Origin: Candidatus Hydrogenedentota bacterium
GTDB taxonomy: Bacteria > Hydrogenedentota > Hydrogenedentia > Hydrogenedentales > SLHB01
DNA length: 64,000 bases
Direction: 5' to 3'
Assembly (NCBI GenBank): GCA_963668025.2
Contig: CAXXTH010000009.1
Coordinates: forward strand, 64,001 to 128,000
Part shown: one piece after another, positions 1 to 9,781 of the stretch
Numbering within the stretch: the stretch's first letter is position 1
Layout: each line of letters opens with the position of its first letter
Notes under the pieces: generated by a model
What the model saw: the letters and a program-made list of their open reading frames with translations, nothing else
Databases searched by the model: none
What the model was told of the DNA's origin: nothing
Translations under genes and position numbers: made by a program

Positions 1-168
1 GCCGATGGTCTCGTATTGGTTGATCGAGCAATGGGCGCATCCGCCGAGATGGAACGCGGCAAACACTTCGCGCACGCGCGGGTGTACGGCCATGGCCTCG
101 CCAACCGTCATGTCTGGGCTGAAATGCTTGGCTTGTCCTTCAGTCTGCGTGTCTGACATGATCTTCAT
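1..168 (-). CDS. DUF1858-like (hybrid-cluster-associated redox disulfide) domain protein, runs off the window edge
   Basis: Not in the ORF track. ATG at 168 preceded by AAGGAG; reads MKIMSDTQTEGQAKHFSPDMTVGEAMAVHPRVREVFAAFHLGGCAHCSINQYETIG, with the MTV.E....HP....VF...G.C..C...ET pattern. Confidence 0.7.
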   Translation of the reverse strand, partial: MKIMSDTQTEGQAKHFSPDMTVGEAMAVHPRVREVFAAFHLGGCAHCSINQYETIG

Positions 169-192
169 TCTCCTTTTGTGTCTGTAGGTGTA

Positions 193-507
193 TCAGGCCT
201 CGGCTTGGTTCCAATACGCTTCAAATTCCTCTTGCGAGGCGCTCGACAGCAATTCCGGCCGGTAGAGCCGTTTCACGATAGGCTTAGGAACGCGCTCGAA
301 TTCACCCGTGGCGGGAATAACCGTGAGCTGCCGGACAATTTTCTGGTCATCCGAGCATTCATAGAACACCAGCGCATCTCCTTTGCCGGGAATGGGCTGG
401 CTCGCCTTGAAATACAACATAGGCGCTACTCCGTAACGTTGCGTACAACAAACCCCGCCGTTCACATAGCCGTCCGGCGCGAGTCTACCACCTTTGCCTT
501 CCAACAA
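193..507 (-). CDS. hypothetical protein (104 aa)
   Basis: Fills the gap between two co-oriented genes; no recognisable motif; start uncertain. Confidence 0.5.
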   Translation of the reverse strand: MLEGKGGRLAPDGYVNGGVCCTQRYGVAPMLYFKASQPIPGKGDALVFYECSDDQKIVRQLTVIPATGEFERVPKPIVKRLYRPELLSSASQEEFEAYWNQAEA

Positions 508-531
508 TAAACTTGCCCAGCCTATTCCAGG

Positions 532-3312
532 CTATTTCCCAGCCGCTTCCTGGACCACCGACACCGGCGCGATGGCCGCGAGAGAATCCTTGATTTGCGC
601 GGCGTCGCCCGCCACGACAATGGCCAGCTCGCTGGGACGAATCACGTCTTTCGCGATGTGCATGGCGCTGTCCTTGGTGGTTTCCCGGTAGCCTTTCAGT
701 GCCTGATTCAGATAGTTTTTACCCAAGCCTTGGTGCTCGATGATCCACTGGTACGACATGGCGTCCTGAGGCGTCTCGAGGCGTCCCGCGAAGCTGCCAA
801 CCAAGTAGGACTTGGCGGCATTCAATTCCTCTTCCGTGGGCGGATTGGCCTGCATATCCTTGATTACATCCAGCAGCGCCTGCACGGTCTCCGCCGTAGT
901 CTCTGTTTTGGTGAAGGTGCCGCACATGAATTCACCCGCACCTTGCTGGGAGTCAAAGTAGCCCCATACGCCATATGTCAGGCCGCGCTTGATGCGGAGT
1001 TCTTTGTTCAAGCGGCTGTTAAAGCCGCTTCCGAGTACTTGCGCCAGTACGCGCGCGGCTTGGAATTCAGGATTTTGGCGGGTAAGGCCGCTCAACTGTC
1101 CCACGCGGATCTGGCTCTGCACCGCGCCGGGGCGGTCCACGATGTAAATATGCATGGGCTGTGCGGCGGGCAGCGCGGGCATGGCTGCTGGCTGGGCCGC
1201 GCCACTGGCGGTCCAATCGCCGAAATACTGCTCCGCCAGCCACTTGGCGTCACGGGGCTTGACATCGCCCGCGATATAGAGCACTGCCGCCTCGGGGCGT
1301 ACATGGGCGCTCCACCAGGCTTTCAGCATGGCCGGTTCGAGGCGCGCCACATCGGCCAGTTCGCCCACGGCGCTGCGCGCATACGGATGCCCGCCAAACA
1401 ATACGCGGCGCAGCTCCCGTTCAGCCAGATAGCTGGGGTCTTTCTCTTGCACGCTCAAACTCAGTTGGCGCTGTTCTTTGAGAATGGCCAGTTCGTCTTG
1501 CGGGAAGGTAGGATGCCGCGCCACATCGGCCATCAATTCGAGCGCCAGGGGCAGCTTGTCCGTAAGCGCCGTGGCCGTGATGCTGCCCGTGTCCATTTCA
1601 TCGCCGCCCGCCGAGCCCGCGCCACCCCCGAGTGTCAGGGCATTGCGCTCGATCAGCTCGGCCAATTGCGCCGCCGTAAAGCGCTCCGTGCCTTTGGTGA
1701 GCATCGAGAGGGCCATTGACGCCGCGCCTGGCGTCTCGGCGGTTTCGGTCCAGGGGCCTTCCCGCAGCGCCAGCATGGCCGTTACGAACGGCACTTCGTC
1801 GTTGGGAAGCACCACGACCTTGAGGCCATTAGCCAAGACGTACTGCTTCACGCGCGTCCGGGGCAGTTTTTCGATAAGCGGCTGCGCGGGCGGTGTTTCC
1901 GGATAACCGGCGGGACGAGATGCGGCGGCCTTTCCCGGGGTATGCGGCGCGGGCGGCTCATCGAGTTTTTCCGGTTCTGGTTCATACGTATATCCTGGCG
2001 TGGGCTCGACCTTGATCTCCGTAAGGCGGGTGGCTGCAAGATAGGTTTGAGCAACACGCTGCACATCCTGCGCCGTCACCCGGTTGATGTCATCGAGCTG
2101 TTGATTCAGGCATTCGGGACTGCCGTGTAGAATCACCGCATCGCCGATGGCCTGTGCCTTGCTCTCGACAGTAAGGGTATCCGTCACCACGCTTCGTCGA
2201 AGCTGGTTCTTCGCCTTGTCCAACTCTTCGGGGCTGACAAGATTCTTGCGGATGCCCTCGATTTGCGCGTACATGGCCCGGCGCGCGCCCTCCACATTCC
2301 CATTCGGCAGCAGCTCGATGCCCAGCATAAGCAGGCCGTCTTGCTCGAGGCCCCACAGTTCCGCGGAGGCGTCCTGGCAAATGCGCTTGTCTTTGACTAA
2401 GTCACGGTATAACCGGCTGCTCTCACCTCCGCCAAGAATGTGCGACAACACTTCGATGGGCACATAGTCGGGATTATTCTCAGGCACGGCGCGGTAGAGG
2501 CAGCGCAAGAGCGGCGCGGGGCCGATGCCTTCCGTCAAAGTGGCTTCGCGCGGAGCGGTCTGGGCTGGCTCCAGCTCGGGCTGTTTGGGCGGTTCTGGCA
2601 AGCGGGGCATCCAACCGAAGAAGCGCTGGGCGGCTTTCAAGGCATCTTTATGATGCACCGCGCCTACAATGACCAGCGTGGCGTTATCGGGCACGTAATA
2701 GGTATCCCAAAAAGCCTTCAGTTCCTCCACCGTGGATTGGTTCAGGTCGTGGATTTTACCAATCGGGAGCCACCGGTAGGGGTGTTTCTGAAAGACCAGC
2801 GGCATGGCCCGCTCGAAGATGGTTCCATACGGCTCGTTCAAGCGCTGCCGCCGTTCCTCGCTGACTACCTGGCGCTCCGTGTCGAAGCCTTCCTGGTCGA
2901 TCTTGAGAAACATCATCCGCTCGGCTTCGAGCCACAGGGCGAGATCCAACTGGTTAGCGGGCAAGGTATTCACATACGCGGTCATATCGAATGATGTAAA
3001 GCCATTGGCGTCGCCGCCCGAGCCTCGAATCCAAGCGAAATGGGCCTCCGGCCCGAGCTTGTCCGTGCCGCGAAACATCATATGCTCGAACATGTGGGCG
3101 AAACCTTGGCGGTCGGCCCGCTCGTTTTTCGAGCCCACATGGTACCACACTTGCACGGCCACGATGGGACACGAGAAATCTTCCAATGTAATGACTTTTA
3201 AGCCGTTATCGAGCGTGGATTCCTGGTAGTCAAACGTTTGGGCGGCCATGGCCGCAAGGGGCAAAAGCAGAGACGCGGCGAACAGCGCCGTAAAGGGCAT
3301 TCGAAAACGCAT
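532..3312 (-). CDS. M16 (pitrilysin/insulinase) zinc peptidase, fused two-half type, with signal peptide
   Basis: HxxEH motif (AHMFEHMMF); second inactive M16 half beginning near LANGLKVVV; N-terminal signal peptide; GGAGG RBS. Confidence 0.93.
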   Translation of the reverse strand: MRFRMPFTALFAASLLLPLAAMAAQTFDYQESTLDNGLKVITLEDFSCPIVAVQVWYHVGSKNERADRQGFAHMFEHMMFRGTDKLGPEAHFAWIRGSGGDANGFTSFDMTAYVNTLPANQLDLALWLEAERMMFLKIDQEGFDTERQVVSEERRQRLNEPYGTIFERAMPLVFQKHPYRWLPIGKIHDLNQSTVEELKAFWDTYYVPDNATLVIVGAVHHKDALKAAQRFFGWMPRLPEPPKQPELEPAQTAPREATLTEGIGPAPLLRCLYRAVPENNPDYVPIEVLSHILGGGESSRLYRDLVKDKRICQDASAELWGLEQDGLLMLGIELLPNGNVEGARRAMYAQIEGIRKNLVSPEELDKAKNQLRRSVVTDTLTVESKAQAIGDAVILHGSPECLNQQLDDINRVTAQDVQRVAQTYLAATRLTEIKVEPTPGYTYEPEPEKLDEPPAPHTPGKAAASRPAGYPETPPAQPLIEKLPRTRVKQYVLANGLKVVVLPNDEVPFVTAMLALREGPWTETAETPGAASMALSMLTKGTERFTAAQLAELIERNALTLGGGAGSAGGDEMDTGSITATALTDKLPLALELMADVARHPTFPQDELAILKEQRQLSLSVQEKDPSYLAERELRRVLFGGHPYARSAVGELADVARLEPAMLKAWWSAHVRPEAAVLYIAGDVKPRDAKWLAEQYFGDWTASGAAQPAAMPALPAAQPMHIYIVDRPGAVQSQIRVGQLSGLTRQNPEFQAARVLAQVLGSGFNSRLNKELRIKRGLTYGVWGYFDSQQGAGEFMCGTFTKTETTAETVQALLDVIKDMQANPPTEEELNAAKSYLVGSFAGRLETPQDAMSYQWIIEHQGLGKNYLNQALKGYRETTKDSAMHIAKDVIRPSELAIVVAGDAAQIKDSLAAIAPVSVVQEAAGK

Positions 3313-3611
3313 GGGATCGTTCCTCCATTATTTCTGGGGATTATGCATGGGGTATGGAGGCCATTGCAAAGGGAGTCCGATGGTTGTATGTGGAACTGAA
3401 GCCATCGGAAATAGATTCAAAAGCTCGCCATCGCAGCTTTTTATATTGCTTCCACAACCTTTTTTGATACCACGCCAATCCAGTAAGCAGCACCGTGGGA
3501 ATAATGTGGACATTTTAAACATTTCTGTTGAAGAACGTAGAAATTTTGATATGTGCAGGAACCGAAGTATCCACGGGAAACAGGACGGCAGTTCGAGTGG
3601 AGGAGTAAAAG

Positions 3612-3860
3612 ATGTTCAACGGAAATGCGGCGGCCGATATCGAGCTAGAGAAGAAACCCCTTGTAGGCCGTGTGAAATGGTTCAACAACCAGAAAGGATA
3701 CGGCTTTATCGTACATGAGACCGATCCGGATATTTTTGTCCATCACTCGGCCATCCAGATGGAAGGATACCGCACACTCAAACAAGACGAGGCGGTGCAA
3801 TTCGAACTGGTGACGACTTCAAAAGGGTTGCAAGCCGTCAATGTGACGCGCGTGCAGTAA
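3612..3860 (+). CDS. cold-shock domain protein
   Basis: GRVKWFNNQKGYGFI and DIFVHHSAI (RNP1/RNP2); GGAGG RBS. Confidence 0.95.
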   Translation: MFNGNAAADIELEKKPLVGRVKWFNNQKGYGFIVHETDPDIFVHHSAIQMEGYRTLKQDEAVQFELVTTSKGLQAVNVTRVQ

Positions 3861-3873
3861 CCACCCCATACAG

Positions 3874-6168
3874 CTATTCGAAAGGCGCCAGTAAATCCGA
3901 ACTGGGCGGAGTAGCGGGCGCGGCGGGCGCTGGCGGAGCAACAAGAGGGCTCGAAACGGTGCTTGTGGGCGGCTCTGTGGCAGGCGCAGTGGGCTCGGAA
4001 GAGCTAAGTTGTTGCAGCATATTCACATCCAGTAGATTTTCCATGGATTCTTCGTCTTGCAGGACGGGCGGTTCGGCGGGGGGTTCGGTGCCTTCTATGA
4101 AGGCTTCGCGGAAGTTGCCGCCCGCGAGGCCCGAGTGTTTATCCACGTTATAAAAAACCACGCCCGGAGGCACTTCAAAATCCCGAACCGGCAAGCCTTC
4201 TTCCGCTTTTAACATGAAGGTAGTCCAAACCGGACACGCCAAGCGCCCCCCCGTATAGTTGGTTCCTTTTCCAAGGGAACGGGCATCTCGGTATCCGATC
4301 CAGACCACGGTGGTGTATTCCTGCGTAAATCCGCAAAACCATGCATCTTTACTGTCGTTGGTGGTGCCTGTTTTGCCCGCGCGGGGACGATCGCCCAGTG
4401 GAGCCGTTCGCGCGCCGGTGCCCCATTTCGCCACGCCTTGCATCATGTACGACACTACATACGCCACGTTGGGCGGAATGGCGGCGGGTTCTTTATGGAC
4501 TTCAAATTGTTTCCACAGTAAACCATCCCGGTCACGGATTTCGGTGACAAACATGGGCGGGGTGTATGCGCCGTTCTTGGCGAAAGTCGAGTAGGCCGTG
4601 CATTGCTCGAGGATAGTGATATTGGGCGTGCCTAATGCGATGGTCAAGCCCACATAATCCGGTATTTCCGACTCGCGGATGCCTGCGTCGTACATGAACG
4701 AACGCACGAACGGCATGCGCAGTTTCTCCACCAAGCGGATCGAAACGACGTTGCGGGATTGCTCCAGGGCGGAGCGCAATGTTACCGGACCCTTGAATTC
4801 GCCATCGAAGTTTTTAGGAGCCCATACATTGCCTGCGGCGTCTTTGCGCACGAAGGGCGTATCGAGTTCCGTGGTGGAAGGCGTCATACCGTCGGCGATG
4901 GCCGCCGCCCATACATAAGGCTTGACGCTCGAACCGGGCTGGCGGCGGGCTTGGGTGGCGGTATTGTATTTCTGCTTTTCCCAATCGCGCCCGCCCACCA
5001 AGGCCCGTACAAATCCTTCGCGGCCAGGGCGGTTATCGAGGCATACCAGGGCGCCGGAAACCGGAGTGAACTCACTCTCCTGGCCGGCCTTCTTCAACGC
5101 ATCCAGCTTCTTTTTATCGAATTCCTCCAATGCATCATTGAGCACCTTTTCCGCCCAAAGCTGCAAATCGAGGTCCAGCGTGGTGTAGATCTCGAGGCCG
5201 CCCTCGAGCAGGCTTTGCTTGGACACCGAACCACCTTGAGGCCCCATGTTCATGATGCGTTTGCGCACCTCATCCACGAAATACGGCGCAAGGAAGGTAT
5301 TTGGCCCCCAGAATCCACGGCCGGCCGCCATCATGGACAGGCGTTCTTCAGAAGAAATGATACAGTCACCCACTTTTTCCTGAATGGCTGTATTGTATTC
5401 TTCCTGCGTGATAAAGTGATTTTCGAGCATCCGTTCGAGGACATAATCCCGCCGCTTCTGAGCGATTTCAGGATGCTTGTCCGGGCGGTAATACAACGGA
5501 GCGGGCGTCACTTGGGCCAATAGCGCCGCTTCACTGATCGTTAAATCCCAGCAATGCTTGCCAAAATACTGGCGCGACGCCGCTTCGACGCCCGAGGCGC
5601 TTCCCCCCAAAAAGATTTGATTTAGGTATAGTTCGAGTATTTCATCCTTCGTATATTCCCGTTCGAGCTGAAGGGCGATAAGCATCTCTTTGAGCTTGCG
5701 CTCGATGGTCTGCTCACGGCCCACAAGCTGGCCTTCCAGGTTGCGCACGATCTGCTGGGTGATCGTACTGCCTCCCCGCGTACGGCCAGTCCGCAACATA
5801 AAATACATGGCGGAAGCGATAGCAGTAGGCCGTACGCCGCGGTGTTCGTAAAACACATGGTCTTCGGATGCGACAAAAGCCTTCTGCACAAACAGGGGAA
5901 TTTCGTTCAGGCTTACGAGCTGGCGGTAGTCCACCGCATATTCACCCAGGAGTTCGCCGTCTTTATCGAAGAATTTGCTGCCAACCTTGGGCCGGAAATC
6001 ATCGAGCACGCTTAATTGCGTCTTCGCGCCCTCGAGGAGCTGCACGAAATAGCCCAGGCAGGCTCCCCATGTGGCCGCGCACACGACCGCGAAAGCAAAA
6101 AAGACTCCCGCACATCCCCGTGGGGCGCGTTTATACAGCGGCTTCGACTTTTTCTCGGATTCAGGCAT
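3874..6168 (-). CDS. mrcA: penicillin-binding protein 1A (transglycosylase/transpeptidase)
   Basis: EDHVFYEHRG, GGSTITQQ, RKLKE, LELYLN (GT51); SxxK (GSSVK), SRN and KTG transpeptidase motifs. Confidence 0.92.
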   Translation of the reverse strand: MPESEKKSKPLYKRAPRGCAGVFFAFAVVCAATWGACLGYFVQLLEGAKTQLSVLDDFRPKVGSKFFDKDGELLGEYAVDYRQLVSLNEIPLFVQKAFVASEDHVFYEHRGVRPTAIASAMYFMLRTGRTRGGSTITQQIVRNLEGQLVGREQTIERKLKEMLIALQLEREYTKDEILELYLNQIFLGGSASGVEAASRQYFGKHCWDLTISEAALLAQVTPAPLYYRPDKHPEIAQKRRDYVLERMLENHFITQEEYNTAIQEKVGDCIISSEERLSMMAAGRGFWGPNTFLAPYFVDEVRKRIMNMGPQGGSVSKQSLLEGGLEIYTTLDLDLQLWAEKVLNDALEEFDKKKLDALKKAGQESEFTPVSGALVCLDNRPGREGFVRALVGGRDWEKQKYNTATQARRQPGSSVKPYVWAAAIADGMTPSTTELDTPFVRKDAAGNVWAPKNFDGEFKGPVTLRSALEQSRNVVSIRLVEKLRMPFVRSFMYDAGIRESEIPDYVGLTIALGTPNITILEQCTAYSTFAKNGAYTPPMFVTEIRDRDGLLWKQFEVHKEPAAIPPNVAYVVSYMMQGVAKWGTGARTAPLGDRPRAGKTGTTNDSKDAWFCGFTQEYTTVVWIGYRDARSLGKGTNYTGGRLACPVWTTFMLKAEEGLPVRDFEVPPGVVFYNVDKHSGLAGGNFREAFIEGTEPPAEPPVLQDEESMENLLDVNMLQQLSSSEPTAPATEPPTSTVSSPLVAPPAPAAPATPPSSDLLAPFE

Positions 6169-6218
6169 GGACGGTATCCTAACATGGAGCGGAACAGCGG
6201 CTCAAAAGATGAATCCTT

Positions 6219-6611
6219 TTATGGCGGGCCGGGTTCCCCGGCGCGTTGTCCACGATATGCGTGCCGCATAAACAAATAACATCCCAGCAAAGCGCCAAGC
6301 CCATCGACGACGATGTCTTTATACTCGAATGAGCGATACGGCAGATAGAGCTGCATGAACTCGAGCGCTACGCCATAAATAAAAGCGGATACGGCCGATA
6401 TCCCAAAAAGCACATGAGGATTGATTTGGGCATTCGAGCGATATAATGAAAATGCCAATACCGCCGCCATGCCTCCGAAAGCCAGCAGATGTCCCGGAAT
6501 ATCCGCTCCCGGCTGCTCAATTTCTTTGCCCAAGGGATCCGGCGCACTCATGAGATACAGCAATAGCGCGGCGTAGGCGAATGTCAGCAGCATATAACGC
6601 GGTTTCATCAT
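6219..6611 (-). CDS. VanZ-like membrane protein
   Basis: Hydrophobic helices; H..AFG, E..Q.YLPYRS....D...D..GA motif. Confidence 0.8.
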   Translation of the reverse strand: MMKPRYMLLTFAYAALLLYLMSAPDPLGKEIEQPGADIPGHLLAFGGMAAVLAFSLYRSNAQINPHVLFGISAVSAFIYGVALEFMQLYLPYRSFEYKDIVVDGLGALLGCYLFMRHAYRGQRAGEPGPP

Positions 6612-6758
6612 CCCGTTCCATTATTGTACATGTTTTGCCTCCACAACCAATTAGCGATTGAGGTGGAATAACCACCGCCTTCGCCCATGCCTGAAGTTTG
6701 GCTGTTTTGTAGGTAGGAATCAAGAGAGTTTTTCGGTAATTGGTTGTTGTCCTACCGG

Positions 6759-8212
6759 TCAGTTACAGGCGTAAAGCACGGCGTCGGCGACGTTGGGTTT
6801 GAATTTCTGGGCGTTCGCGGCCTTTGTATGCCGGGTCACGAAGTCGGAGAAATGGTCGATGCCCAGGGCTGGGGCCCACAGTTCGGCGCGGATGCTTTGT
6901 ACAAGGTGTTGAAAAGACGGCCGGTTAGGATTTCCTTTCTTCTGCCACACGGGCTTGGGTAAAGCATCATGGTTGGGGTGGATGCGGGTAACGTGTTGCG
7001 CGGCGAGCAAGGCCATGGCGTAGCACGCCACGAGAAAGGCGGGCACATGCGCCGAGGCCGAGGGGTGGCGGATTTGTGCTTGGCCCACCCCGAGGATGGT
7101 CTTCTCGTCGCGATGGTTGACCTCAATCTCCCAGCGCCAGACATAGGCCTGGACGAATTCTTGGCAGGAGACGGATAGATCGGTGCAGAGTAGGTAGGCA
7201 GGTTTTCGGTATAGAATCTTGCTGTTCTTGCGTAAGCGGTATCCCAGGGGCTCGATGACGACCAGTCGTAGATTGTGATGTGGTCCAGCCATGCGGGAAC
7301 GCAGGGGCGCCAGGGTCTTGACGCGCGTGGTGTGAAACCTTCCCGCCGCCCACACGCGGATGGACTGCCAGGGGATGGTGTCGTCTTGGCGGACCTGTTC
7401 GGGCGTGGGCACTGGATCGCCATAGACCCGTTTGCGTCCTTTGGGGACCGAGTTGGCGGATTCGGGCAAATAATAGAGGCAGGCATCTTGCCGGAGGCGT
7501 CCGGTGTAGACCGTTCGGCGCGGCAACTGCTTAAGGACGGTCTCATTGGTGTATCCGCCGTCGCCTTGGAACCACAAGAGCCGCTGCGTTCCTTCGGGAA
7601 AGGAATCCAACACCTTGCGCAGGTGGTGAATGCGTTGGACGGCGACTTGACAGAGGTTGGCTTTCTTTCTGTTTCATAGGCATGCCACTGTTCAGGCGGG
7701 GCGTCCTTCTTGGGTTTGCGCGGCGTGGGGGCGTGATGGAAATCGATGGGAATGGTGCGTGCGGCCCCCGGCTCCGGTCCTACCGGCAGAGCGGCCGCCA
7801 CCTGCAGGAACCGTTGGGCCCAAACCAGATTGGTGTGAAACTTGGGTCCCAAGGGATCGCGCCGAAAGGCCGCGCCGTGAACCTTTCTGCCGCTTTTGCC
7901 CAACAGCGTATCGTCGATGGCCACTACAAAGGGCGCTCCCGCCGGCGCTTGCTGGTGAACCTGTTGGACGATGGGGGCGAAGAGAGCGTCGGGGTCGAAC
8001 CGGTCTTTCGAGAACAATCGATACGCGGCCGAACAATCCTGGAACTGCTGGCCCGCCGTCACGAGTAGATTGGTGACCGTTTTGCGCCCCATTCCAACCA
8101 AGGCCGCCATGGCAAGATGCTGGGCCCTCATGAACCTGCGCTGTTGTTTGAAGGCCCCGCGGCATCCTTGCCAGAGCTGCTCGAAGACTTCCCCGACCCA
8201 TGGCGTTTTTTT
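6759..8212 (-). pseudogene. IS701-like DDE transposase, split by a frameshift near 7660
   Basis: N-half VVAIDDT (ORF 6836-8131, frame open back to 8212); C-half GDGGY and RWEIEVNHRDEK (ORF 6759-7613); the halves join at ...YETERK/ANLCQVAVQ. Confidence 0.8.
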
Positions 8213-8394
8213 TTAAGCGCCGACGCTGGGGGCTCGATGCGGTTGAGCACCAGCTGCGATTTGTCCTCGACAATCCATTCGACGACTTCGCCGCGCTGGA
8301 ATTCCATGGCCTGCGCGACGGCGCTGGGGAAATTGATGTACCACTGTTCGCTCTGCTTGCGCTTGATCAGTTGGACTTTCGTTGGGAATCCCAT
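8128..8394 (-). CDS. IS-encoded small AbrB/MazE-like DNA-binding ORF (OrfA)
   Basis: MGFPTKVQLIKRKQSEQWYINFPSAVAQAMEFQRGEVVEW resembles the AbrB-type I.iP..v...l....Gd.v.w pattern; passes through an A9 run. Confidence 0.7.
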   Translation of the reverse strand: MGFPTKVQLIKRKQSEQWYINFPSAVAQAMEFQRGEVVEWIVEDKSQLVLNRIEPPASALKKKRHGSGKSSSSSGKDAAGPSNNSAGS

Positions 8395-8703
8395 GGCCGC
8401 TCTCCTCGGTTGCAAGGGGCAATCTAGTTATATAACTAGATTGCATTCTACGCAAAATCCTCCCGCATCGCAAGCAAAAAAAACCGCCCCCAGACAATGG
8501 TAGATCGTCAAATCATCTAGTCAAAGGCTAAACTTCAGGGACCGGCGCCCTCGCCGGTCATTCTTTAGCACTTGGCTAAAATGTTACCTATTCTCTTTCC
8601 CGACACGTTTCTTGCCCAGCTCTGATACCTTCCATTACACTGGATGCGCGGCATTCATCTTATGCCTATGGCCTATTGACGAAAATACTGTAGTGGAGAA
8701 TGT

Positions 8704-9192
8704 ATGCTGAGTTTCAGCGATATGCAGAATATTTTCCGCGGCACGCGGATTGTGCGAAAACCCACCTATGGCATCGTGAGCGGATATCATGAAGTGCCAT
8801 ATGTCTGCCTGGGCGAATCCTTCGAGACGGGGCGCGCCACCACGCGCGTGCGCGGCAAAGTGCAGGTATCGCCCCGTTTCATCGTGCGGCCGCAGCATTG
8901 CGAGCCCCGATACGAGGAGATTTTCGGGGAGGATAATGTGGATGTGCAGCTTGCGGGGCGCGTGTTCGGATTCCTTGGTTTCCGCGAACGCCCCGTTGAA
9001 TGCAAATCAGAGCACCTTGAAATCCAGCATCTAGCGGAAGGCATAGACCACGTCTTAAGCCAAGTGCTCGATGAAATCGAGCGTATGGAAGATATCACCA
9101 TGGGCGTCATCATCACGCCGGACAGCCGTTATTATCCGCTTTCCGTCGAACGGTTCATTTCAAGCATTCTCGAAGACGAGTTTTCTGTTTGA
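8704..9192 (+). CDS. hypothetical protein (162 aa)
   Basis: GGAG RBS; protein-like composition; no family recognised. Confidence 0.75.
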   Translation: MLSFSDMQNIFRGTRIVRKPTYGIVSGYHEVPYVCLGESFETGRATTRVRGKVQVSPRFIVRPQHCEPRYEEIFGEDNVDVQLAGRVFGFLGFRERPVECKSEHLEIQHLAEGIDHVLSQVLDEIERMEDITMGVIITPDSRYYPLSVERFISSILEDEFSV

Positions 9193-9234
9193 ATCAAGAT
9201 TTGTTAAGCGAGGCATGGTTGAAACTATTTTTTT

Positions 9235-9295
9235 AACCGCGAATGGACGCGAATAAACGCCAATAAATCATCAGTAGGGTGGGGCTTGCCCCACC
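9235..9295 (+). repeat. AACCGCGAATGGACGCGAAT motif followed by a GTAG REP-like hairpin
   Basis: GTAG (9274) GGTGGGGC-TT-GCCCCACC; the upstream motif recurs at about 14685 and 32829. Confidence 0.7.
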
Positions 9296-9475
9296 GTTCA
9301 AGAGAGGAGCCCATCAAAATATCCGGCAAGGATTATAAGACGTAACGAATAGATATGCTTTGGTTTACACGACAAGTCTTCTAAAGAAAATAAAAGTTTG
9401 GTTGTTAGCAGTACGGATTGCAGAAGAAAGATCGCGCATCACAGCTAAACCCTCCAGGGGAAGGAAACGCATTTT

Positions 9476-9745
9476 ATGAAAAGCGCATTTGAACTCGCCA
9501 TGGAGCGGCTCGAAAAAGACAGCGGGCCTACCCGGAAACTCACGGACGGGCAAAAGGCCCGTATCGCGGAAATCGACAAGAAGTACGATGCGAAGGCCGC
9601 CGAGGCGCGCCTCGATTATGACAACTGCCTGGCTTCCGCGCCCCCTTCCGAGATGGAGTCTGTCCGCAACAAATTGGCTGAAGCGCTGGCTTCCATCGAA
9701 GACAGCCGGGAACGGGATAAAGAACGCGTTTGGAATGAAGATTAA
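9476..9745 (+). CDS. small helical hypothetical protein (MKSAFELAMERL type)
   Basis: 89 aa, charged and coiled-coil-like; first gene of a co-oriented run. Confidence 0.75.
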   Translation: MKSAFELAMERLEKDSGPTRKLTDGQKARIAEIDKKYDAKAAEARLDYDNCLASAPPSEMESVRNKLAEALASIEDSRERDKERVWNED

Positions 9746-9781
9746 CGCTAAGCCCTTGGCCTGCATGAGACCCATGGCGAA

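Larger units (their letters stand above)
6690..8539 (-). mobile_element. IS701-like (DDE) insertion sequence
   Basis: Terminal inverted repeats CCTGAAGTTTGGC (6690-6702) and GCTAAACTTCAGG (8527-8539), 12/13 match; encloses a small ORF and a transposase; no TSD seen. Confidence 0.8.
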
